Source: a virus
Lineage: Duplodnaviria > Caudoviricetes
IMG/VR virus record: IMGVR_UViG_3300042451_000960
Strand: one strand, 5' to 3'
Length of the DNA stretch: 64,000 bases
Shown: positions 1 to 12,000 of the stretch, in pieces
Layout: each line of letters begins with the position of its first letter
Position numbering within the stretch: position 1 is the stretch's first letter
The notes under the pieces: generated by a model
The model's database searches: none
The model's input: the letters and a program-made list of their open reading frames with translations, nothing else
Told to the model about the DNA's origin: nothing
Translations under genes and position numbers: made by a program

Positions 1-1
1 C

Positions 2-3000
2 AGAGTTACCACTATCTGATATTAACTTCCAACCACCATATGATGATAATCCACCACCACTACCTCTAATCCAAAGATTGTTATTATCGGTAAATCCTAA
101 TTGACGAGTACCGCCACCAGATGAATCAGGCCATTGTTGGAATGTCATTACACCGTGATATGTACCACCATCACCCAAACCATCGGTTGAGTTTTGAAGG
201 AAATCAAATCTAACCCTTCTATTACCAGTTTGAGGTCCTTGTACTGAACTTCTGGTATCAAATACAGTAACTTGATCTGTTGTACCAGCCGAACCAGCAC
301 TATCAGCGTATCCTACATATGCTCTTGTCCAACCACCCCACGAACTACCTTCTCTAAATCTGAATGAAATGTATGGATTACCACCTGTTGGAGTTCTATT
401 CCATGCAATTTGTGTTGCGTATTGGAATCCGTATTCATTACCCAAACCTAAGGTCATTCCATAGTATTGACCTCCACCAGTACCAGGTCCGTTTCCACTA
501 CCCTGAACATAATATACACCCAAGTTTGCGATACTATTAAAATCAGTATATGCACCATGGTTATTACCCATATTATTGAATATCTGATTTGCGTTGATAT
601 ATCCCGTACCACCACCAGAGTTTGCAACATATGTACCTGCCACCGAACCGGCACTTCCTGCATTTCCGGTTACATTTATACTCCAAGTTCCACTATTTGT
701 TACTATTTGTTGCCATCCAGTTCCACCACTACCATTTGTTGAACGATACCATAATCCTTGTGAGAAGAACGATGCCGCCAACTGCATTGCGTAGTAGTTG
801 CCAGGGTTACTATGTGTTACCGATAATAAATGTTGCCAGCTACTTGCACCAGGATACCAACCAGATGATGGAGCTGATGTTTGCCAGAATCCACTATTTG
901 TTCTAGTTGATATATCTGCTTTATCTGCTGAGTCTTGAGCTGCGTTTAAATATGATGCGTACACTGCGTAATTGGAATTACCAGTAATACTAATTGGCCA
1001 TGTACCACTTGCACCATCACCATCTCTAGCAGGTGCTGAACGTAGTACTACCGTATCAAAGTTTGAATATCCACCTAAACTACTTTCCTGTCTAATTTCC
1101 CAACCACGACCATAACTTTCATCACCACCACTATAACCTAAGAATAGGTCTCTTGCTACTATTTGGCAATAGTTTGAAGAATAGTGAGTTAAAATTATCG
1201 CAGTTTTACCTGTTGAGTTCTGTCTAGCAACTTGCACCTGAGGTCTGATGTATGGGTTTGATGTTGTCATCTCCCATCCAATAAATCCACTATTACTTTC
1301 GGCGTTCCAATAACCACCTAATTGAATTGATGTTTTTGCGTTTGTAGAACCATAGTTTTCAAACCAATCAATGGTGAAACTTCCCATCATATAGGAATCT
1401 TGCGGAACATTGGTTACGATTACAGTGTATGTGTTTGCTCCATAATAGTCAGAGCCAGCAACTAAAGCACCATTCCAAGTTTTGATTGGTGCGTTATCAG
1501 AATTTATATAGTTTTGATATGGAGTGTAATTAGGATTATCTAATCTTACAGAATTCAATCTACTATTTGTTCCGGCAGGATTGACAAGGTATGCTGTATT
1601 TTCTCTATCGGTAAATTGATTAGCTTGAAGTTCTCCAAAGAAATATCCAGTACCACCGGTATCAATTGTGAATCTATCAGTACCCCAACCACCATTTCTA
1701 TGCCCGTGGTTTTGTTTAATACGGAAATTATCATCATTATATCCAAATCCAACAGACCAAGTTGTACCACTATATCCTTGCGAGAATAAAATAGAAGGTC
1801 TATCACCACCAGTTCCATCAATACGGAATTCAGAAACAATACCCCAAGAGTGGTTACCATATGTACTTACAAAAATGAAACCAGCACCATTTGAAGCGTT
1901 AGTATTATTTCTAAATAACGCAGCGTGTGAGTTAAGATGTGTACCTCTAAATTCTAATGGATATGATGGGTCTCCACCACCAATAGCACCCCAGTCACCA
2001 TTTGAACCCAATCCTATTGTTCCATTTTCACGGAATCTCATAAAGGTAGTTCCTAGATAACCAGCTATACCATTATGAGGATTGAAATCACTATTTCCTA
2101 AACTACTATTAGAAAATCCAATATCCATTGAGATACCATCACCAGTTGTACCAACTAACCATTGTCTATTTGATAAACCATTATGTGCAAATTGAATTGT
2201 AGGTCCATGATTCGTATTTGATGTTACAGTATGGTCTAATGTTAATACAGGATAGTTACCTCTTAAATAAACAGTAGGTCTTTGGTTACCATCTTGTAAT
2301 GTGTATGGTGTTGATGTTGCACCAACAATAACTCTATTACCAAATGAACCACCAGTATTACCTTCAACATAAATATCTCTACCCATTCTGGAATTTCCAG
2401 TTGGGTCTACTCTATATGTTGTATTGTCTTGGTCATAAAATATTGGTGCTCTCATTGATTCACCAGCATAATATGTCATTGCTCCTTCCTCTGATAATGA
2501 GGAACAATCATACACCGTTGCTGATGCCAAATAGGTGTAGAATGTTGCCGAACTTCCACCTACTATATAGAAGAAGTGAGTTGATGACCAAGATGCATTT
2601 CCGGAATGCACCATAAATGCGTAATCTTGGTATTGTCCCGTTCCTGCATTACTTGTCAACCACCTAGCAGAACCACCACTACCTATTGAGTTTGATGCCC
2701 ACTCTACACTTCTTCCAGAAGGTATCTTCATACGGAAGATACATAATAATCTTCTATTTGCCGGTCCAGTATAAGTTGCGAAATACCAACCACCATAGCC
2801 CGGTGATGTACCTGCTGATGTTGTTGGTGCGTGCATTATTTCAATTACATATCCACTACTATTTGGAGGTCCACTATGCCCATCTGCGAATGAACTATTT
2901 CTTCTAGTATGAGTTACCGCAGAACCACCATTATTGTTGTATATGTTTATACTATTAGAGCCGTAACGGAATTCCTCATCCCAATATATTTTATATCCCA

Positions 3001-6000
3001 TTGGTTTTTGCATTCCCCAAAGGGCATTGATATTACCAACAGAGTTTGCCGCACCCGGTGTAGAAAGTGTTAATTGTGAATTTATTTGAAGTTCACCTAA
3101 GTTTGATGTAGAAGCAGGGTCAACATAGAAACTAGTATTACTTCTATCATACATTATAGGTGCATCCAAACGTCCAGATGAATATATTATTAATCTTTGA
3201 TTATCTCCACTAAATCCAAATCCAAAATAGTCATTTGTACCATCATCATCCGAAACACTAAAAAACATTCTTGCAGTGTTAGATGATTCATAGTGCCAAA
3301 TATAACCAGGATCATTTGATTGTGCTGCGAAGTTAATATAAGAGTAGTTACCACTCTTTTGTATATTAATATCACCACCATAAACCGTCAAATCACCACC
3401 AACTAAAAGGTCACCATTATTTTGGTCAAATCTATGTTTTACATATGCAGTTCTATTACCACTACTTCTTGATGGTACAGTAATTCCACCACCGATTGCT
3501 CCGGTTGAACCTTCGGATGTAATTAAGAAATAGTTTGAAGGGTTATCGTGATACAATCCCCAACCAGTATATGGTTCGTAATCCACAAAGATACCAGTCC
3601 AACCTTCACCAGTTACTTGCTGAATAGCAAATGCTGCGCCTGATGATGCTGTTCCGGATGAGTTTACTAAAATTGCCGGCTTATTATAAGTTGCTGCATT
3701 TACCGAACCTGCTATGTTAATTGAAGTACCAGTATCTGCAAAGTTTGCAAAATACCCTGTACCATCAGCATCTCTAAATATTGGTGCTCTTACTTCAGTA
3801 TCAGAATATATTGTACCTGCTACATGCAAAGCATAATCAGGAGCCGTTACACCACCCATACCAATTCTTCCTATTCTACCACTTCTACCACTTATGAATA
3901 ATGCGTTATTATAGAATGTAGGACCTGCGTATAATGGGTCAAAACTTAATCCCAAACCATCACCATAATCTACCGATGCTAATCTAGTACCATATGCCCA
4001 ACCAGTACCATCAGAGTTTTGAGAAGAACCAATCATAAATGTTCCACTACCTCTTGCCCACGATGATGGTATAAAGGTATATGAAGTTCTCATTCCTAAG
4101 AAGTTACCAGTTCTGAATGCTCCATTTGTTATACTATCGCCAGCCGGATTAATAAAATACGTTGGGTCATTTCTATCAACAAATCTTTCCGCACTCATAT
4201 CATTTATTGCAGTTACATTTGCACCAAATGTTGCGTTATTATTTGTAAGATTTATTTCTAATGGCCAATAACCATTTACAGTACTCCAGCTACCATGTGC
4301 AGAATCATTACCAGCTCTTAAAACATAGAAAATATTACTATTGACGTGAATGTATGCCGTATTGTGGTTAGTATCTCTAAATGTAATTGTTGGTTCGGTA
4401 TTTCTAATTTGAAAATTGCCGGTCATACTTAAATTGTTGACCGTTGCAGAATCAAGATTAAATGTACCATTTACACTTGCCCCATTAGGGAATGTTGCTG
4501 TTGTACCACTTACGTGATATGGTGCTAAAGGAATACTTGCCGCCGTTGTTGTTGTGAATGAGAATGGACCATGCGTCATATTTAAATTGGCGTATGATAC
4601 CTTTACAGTATAAGCAACCCCAGCACCACAAGTTGGGTTTACTATTAATCTTAATACCCAACCTGCAGCAACGTGGTCACCATTAATACCCAATAAACCA
4701 TTTGCGTTAGTACCATTCCATAAACCAACATTTGATTGAGAACCTGCTGACATTACCAAGTTAGATGATATTCTATCACCTACCCAAACTATCCATTTTT
4801 TATATTCAATATATGAAGTAGTTGTATATCCTCTATGAGAACCCCAAACTTCAATTTCTATTTTACTACTATTACCGCCACCAGCGTTAAGTGTACCAAT
4901 TGTGTAGATTCTAGCTGGCGCCGTACATAATGGCCAGTTATCATCCGTTGACATTGAACCTTTGTATTGAGTATAATCATCACTAAATGTTATTGAACCC
5001 AATGTTCTTAAAGAACGATTCCAAGCCGATGCGGCCGCATTAAGGTCTAAGAAATATGCAACGTTATCATAATCTTCAAATAGTGGCGCTCTCATTGAAC
5101 CCACATTCATTTCCAATCTTGCACCAGTTCCAGAGTTATTACTTATCAACTCCATTGGATAGTTGGATTGGTCACCACTTGCGTACAATCTACCCCATCT
5201 AATTCTTGAACCAGGAGAATCATGTCTGAACACCATTTGTCCAACAATATTACCTAATGCACTTCCGTGAGTTGCTGTAATAGCATGTTCTTCTCCAGCT
5301 GACCAAGAACCTTGTATATCAATATCGCGCCATTGAGTAGTACCACCCGTACCAGCAGAAACATTTAGTTGTGCCCTAGTACCCGCTCCAGCTGAAAATG
5401 AAGTTCCTATTGTTGTTCTACCATCATTATTTCTTATAGAGAATACATTAGTACCTGCGGTATCAGAAGTTGCATATCTGAATATCCAGCCTCTATTTGT
5501 AGTATCCATCAACCAATATTGTGCATATTGGTTAGTTACCGCACCATGTGTACCATATAATTGGTCAGTACGAACAAATTGTGCTCTTGATGTTGTACCA
5601 TTTCCAGTCCAGAATGATAGATAACCAGCAGTTGCCGTAGCTGTGTTAGCATCCCTATTTACAACAACACCTCTAGTTTCTAATATGTTTAAGTTAGAAG
5701 TTGATGCTGGGTCCAATATATAACCCGGTGAATCTCTATCAACAAACCTTTGTGCAACTACATCATAGAATGCAGTTACCGTACCACCAAATTGTGCATT
5801 ATTGTTTGTTAAGTTAATTTCTAATGGCCACCAACCACTGCCTACAGTATTCCAGCTGCCATTACCGACATCAGTATTACCTCTAAGAATATAGAATATA
5901 TTACTATTAACATGTATGAATCCTGTTGCGTGGTCGGTATCTCTAAAGGTAATTGTAGGTGATGTATTCCTAATTTGTATTTGTCCATTCGGATTTAATG

Positions 6001-9000
6001 TACCATTAACCGTTACCTCATTTCTGAATGTTCTATTTGCAGGTACACTTACTTTTATTATCTTCCAACCACTTATATAACAAGTACCACCACCAGTATA
6101 GTTGAATAAGGCTTGTGGTGTCCAATATTTTGCACCAACTTCAAATTGCCCAACTGAACCACCAAATCCACCAATATATCCAGTTACTTTAGTCCAAGAA
6201 GTTCCAGGGTTTGTATTACTCATTACCCAATAACCAAACGAACCAGGGTTACCCTGTCCACCAGCCGGCGAACCAAACGATTCATTATACTCCATAGAAC
6301 CCATATAGTGTCCATTAGTACCAGATACATTTCGTATCCAACACTCCATATAATAAACATCATCTTGGTCAATAGCAATGTAAGGGAAACCACTATTATA
6401 TCCACCACCAACGTTTACAGCACCAACAATTGATATTGCATATCCACCAGGTGCTGTTGAATCAGATACCCAACTTACATTACTACTATTAAAATATGCT
6501 TGTAATTGGTCATTAGTCCAAGTTGGGTCCATTTCAAATACAGCCTCACCAACATCAAAGTGACCAACAGGCCATCTTTGAGAAGAACTTGTTCTTGCGT
6601 TGTTAAGATTAAGTCTTGAAATTCTAGATGCACCCTCATAAACTAATCTATAAGATGTATCACTTCTATCATATATTGCATCATTATAAATGTCACCGAT
6701 TCCAGATACATAAAACCATCTTGTACCATTACCCAATAAAGAATAACCATAAGATGCACCAGCACCAACTCTTACCTCCAAACCATATTCACTAGCCGAA
6801 CCATTATATTTGTTTACAACAACACCCCAATCGTTATTATTGGTTGCCGTTACATAAAGAGTTGCATCATTGGTAGAGTTTATTGTACTACCATCAATAT
6901 TCCAAGAACCTAAAACAGTATTATTTGTTGCTGCTGCGTAAGATAAGTTTACAGCTCCATATGTTGAAAGACCTGTGTTTGGTGTATTTCCTTCACCTTG
7001 TCCCCAACCACCAGGATGTCCTATACCAACTTTATTGTATAGGTGCATATATTCGTTTGTAAACTGACCTCTTATACCATAAACACGAATTGATTCTGCT
7101 CCGTTAAAGTAAACTAATGTAGAAGTTGTTGCACCTCTACCGGTTACGGTTGCTAAAGTTTCAGATGCAGCGGTACCTGTAATATTAATACTCCAAGTTC
7201 CACTTGCCCCACCACCAGTTAATGTTGGTGCATATGAGTTAAAGTTTCCTGAATGTAAGAATGTTCTCCATGTTCCAAATGAACCATTTATAACAGATCT
7301 AAAATAAATACTTTCGTTATCTGTTGCTGCTAATTGATGACCATATGATGCCGTACCACCCGTTGGATGTGAGTATATATTAATCAACCAGTTAGCATTA
7401 TCTACTGAAGCTGGTTTATTTGTTGCGCTATCTGAATATCTATAAACTCTAAATCCATTGCTTATAGATGTGCCAGGCAATGTCCACGCAGCATTAAGAC
7501 CAATACTTGTTACATCACCACTAGCTACGTTTGATGCGTTTGTAGCAGATGTTACACTAAAGTTTGATGGATTCCATACATAGAAGTTTGTACCATCGTT
7601 TGTACCCCAAACATAAGTTGGTTGCCCACTTTGTGCAGAATAAATGAAATCTACGTTTGTACCATCTGAACGTCTTGGGTATGCTCTTATATTCCACTGT
7701 CCACCATTGTTTGTTACCAATGAAGTACCCTGTGCAGTTGGTATTGCTCTTGGGAAGTTTACAGCTCCAGCATTTGTTGCTGTTAAGAATAATTGTGGAC
7801 CTGTACCGTATGAGTCCGTTGTTGCGAATCCCATAGCTGTACCACTACTACTATTATTTGAAACATATATACCAGCTTGCGCTTGAGTTGAAGTATCACC
7901 TTGGAAGGTTATTGCTGCTTGGTTGTTGTTACCAGAAGTACCACCACCATTAGCAATATGAATTGTACCTAATGTTGTTCTTGCAACGTTGAAAGAGTTA
8001 TTTGCTATACCAGTTGCCGTATTACCTACTAAAGTAAATTTACCAGCACTATCTAATGTTGCTATGTTTGTAGTACCACCATACCATCTAAAGAATCTTG
8101 CTGCTCCAGCTACAGGTACCGAATACCACATTGTATTTCCTTCAATACCCAATGCATAATCTACCGAAGATGCTCCTATTTCAGAATAAAGTACCATTTT
8201 TGTACCAGCACTTCTAGTTGTAAATGTAGGAGCTGCTACACCATTTGTATTATATACTATTCTATTAGATGTACCATTTGATAAGAAAAGGTCACCACCA
8301 TTAAGTGTTAAATCATTAAATGTAACATCATCAGTTGTACGAACATTTTGGTTCATTAAATAAACCTCAGTTGCACCCTGTCCAGTATCTATTGTACCAC
8401 CTAAAGTTATATTACCTGCTACAGATAATGCAGGTGTTGTAAATCCATTATTAATTTTTGCTAATGTATATGAAGCAACCGGTGAACCTAATCCTGCTGT
8501 TAAGTTTTCAGTATAAGCTGTCCATTGGTTTGGATTTAAGCCATAGTTTTCAACATATACAATCCAACTACTACTACCGCCCAAATTTATTGAAGTTAAG
8601 AATCCTTCTAAGTATGCGTAATCCGCATCCATTGTTACTCTAAATTGAGTGAAAAGTCCACCTAAATAGTTTTCAACAGTTCCAATTAGCGCAGTAGTTG
8701 TCCAATCTTTATATAATTTAATTACATCCTGTGCAGGTGCTATAAATCCACCATTTGATGTAACCGTTACTTTTGCCGCACCTCTAAGACCATTTCCAGC
8801 AGTTGCCAATCCACTTCTAGCTATTCTATACCAACCACTATAAGCAGTTGCACCCAATGCTGTAACTGCACCATCACTTACACCTTGTACTCGTCTACCA
8901 CCATTTACCGTTGCACCATTTGTAATAGTTGCCTGATTAAACGTTACGTTATCAGTTGTACGAATATTTTGATTCATTAGGTGAACTTCAGTTACACCTT

Positions 9001-12000
9001 GTCCCGTATTAATTGTTGAGAATGTTACAGCATCAGTTGTTCTAACATTTTGGTTCATTAAGTGAACTTCAGTTAAACCTTGTCCAGTATTAACTTGAGC
9101 TGCTACTAAATTACCCAATACATTTAAGTTACCACTTCCATCCAAATTCATTTGTTCGGTGAAAGCAGTTTGGGACGTTGATTTATACCATTTATGAGTA
9201 CCACCAGCATAATATGCTTGTGTATCTGAATGAATACCGATTCCACCTATCCAAGCACTGCCATCATTAAATGTTGTAATTTTGTTAGGTCCTCTTACTA
9301 CATCACTAAAGGAGTTATTGAATACTAATCTTTCATAGTTTCCAAATACAACGGTACTACTAGCACCTTCATCTGCATTTATGAATACACCACCTGTTGT
9401 TGTAATACTACCAGAAGCGTAGAAGTTTGCATCACTTGCCCATCTACTATTTACTTCGTTCCAAAGGAATCTTCTTGTAGGTGAAGCGTTTCTTACAACT
9501 TCAAATCCACTATCAACATTTATAGGTGCACCTGAACCAGTTGCATAACCCGTAAGAGTTATAATATTATCGTTTGTAGATAAGGTTTGTGTATTAATTG
9601 AAGTTGTTGTACCACTTACTGTTAAATTACCAGTAATTACAGTATTACCTGTTACTCTAAGGTTTGTACCATCAAATGTTAAATTACTTTCAACAGTTCC
9701 GTTTGGAGCTGACCCATTTAGTGTAATTACACCATTATCAGTTGTACCAGTTAATGATAGTGCTCCAGATGAACCCGAGCTTCCGCTTGAGCCACTACTT
9801 CCGCTTGAGCCGGATGAGCCTGATGTACCACTACTACCACTACTACCAGATGAGCCAGATGAACCCGAACTGCCGCTTGAGCCGGAAACTCCACTACTAC
9901 CAGATGAACCGCTTGAGCCAGATGAACCGCTTGAGCCACTACTACCACTACTTCCGCTTGAGCCGCTTGAACCTGATGTACCTCTTGTGCCAGAAGAACC
10001 TGATGAGCCGCTTGAACCAGATGAACCACTACTTCCGGAATCTCCACTTCTTGCAAAAGCAACAGTTAATTGAGCTCCATTTGTAGGAAGTGTACCACTT
10101 ATATAAGCAACTGGAATTTTATAATAACCCGTTGCTACTACAACAGCACCATTTACTCTAAATACGTTTACCACAGTACCACTATCTCTACTGATTAAAC
10201 TTATATATCCTCTATTTGTGGATGTAGTTGAGTCATCCCACGTATCATACCACGCAGTTAAAGTATTTCCACCTAAATCAGTATTATCTATAAAAATTGT
10301 TGATACTGAACCTATAACACCATTATTATATTTTACAATACCTGTACCAGGATCAGTATCGGTTATTGTTGTACTAAAATTATATCTTATACCACCACCT
10401 TGTCCGCTTGAACCTGATGAGCCTGATGAACCACTACTACCACTTGAGCCGCTGCTTCCGCTTGAACCCGATGAGCCAGATGACCCGCTCGAACCACTAC
10501 TTCCGCTTGAACCACTTTGTCCGCTTGAACCCGATGAGCCACTACTTCCGCTTGAACCACTTGAGCCGCTTGAACCCGATGTACCACGTGTACCGCTTGA
10601 ACCACTACTACCGCTCGAGCCAGAAGTTCCTGAATCACCACTTCTACTAAATTGAACAATTAGTTGTGCTCCGTTAGCAGGTAATGTACCACTTACATAA
10701 GCTACTGGAATTTTATAATATCCAGTTGCTACTACAACAGCTCCGGTAACTCTGAATATGTTTACTACCGAACCACCATCTCTACTTGCTAAAACTATTT
10801 GACCTCTATTTGTAGATGTTGTACTATCATCCCAACTATCAAACCAAGCTGTCAGTGAATTTGATGAAAGGTCAGTATTATCTATGTAAATAAATCCTAC
10901 TGAAGATATTGTTGCAGTATTATATACCAACGTACCTGTACCAGGATCTGCATCAGTTGTTGATGTGCTAAAATTATATCGGATACCACCACCTTGTCCG
11001 CTTGAACCTGATGAACCACTACTACCACTTGAGCCGCTGCTTCCGCTTGAACCCGATGAGCCGCTACTACCACTTGAGCCTGTTCCACCACTACTACCAG
11101 ACGAACCGCTTGAACCTGATGAACCAGATGAGCCACCACTACCACTACTTCCGCTTGAACCACTTGAGCCGCTTGAACCCGAAGAACCACCTGCTCCACT
11201 TACACCAGAACTTCCTGATGAGCCGCTTGAACCCGATGTACCACGTGTACCGCTTGAGCCACTACTTCCGCTGCTTCCGCTTGACCCAGATGTTCCAGAT
11301 GAGCCACCAGCACCTGTTATACCGCTACTACCAGACGAACCAGAACTTCCTGATGAGCCGCTTGAACCTGATGAACCTGATGAGCCTCCAGTACCACTTA
11401 CACCAGAAGAACCCGATGAACCGCTTGAGCCTGATGAGCCTGCTTGTCCAGAAGAACCTGAGCTTCCGCTTGAGCCTGATGTACCACGTGTACCACTTGA
11501 ACCACCACTACCAGGAGTTCCACTACTTCCGCTTGAGCCGCTTGAGCCACTACTTCCGCTTGAGCCTGATGTACCACGTGTACCACTTGAACCCGATGTG
11601 CCGCTTGAGCCACTACTTCCACTTGTACCAGCAGAACCAGATGCTCCACCTAAACCTGAGCTACCAGAAGAACCTGATGAACCTCCACTTCCGCTTGAGC
11701 CGCTTGAACCGCTACTTCCGCTTGAGCCACTACTTCCACCACTTCCGCTTGAGCCACTACTACCACTTGAGCCGCTTGAACCAGAAGAACCAGAAGAACC
11801 AAATCCAGAAGAACCTGAACTTCCTGATGAGCCGCTTGAACCAGATGAACCCGATGAACCAGATGAGCCACCGCTACCACTACTTCCGCTTGAGCCGCTT
11901 GAACCCGATGTTCCACTATTACCTGTTCTTACAAAATTAATAATTAATTGAGCACCATTTGTAGGAAGTGTACCACTTACATAAGAAACAGGAATTTTAT

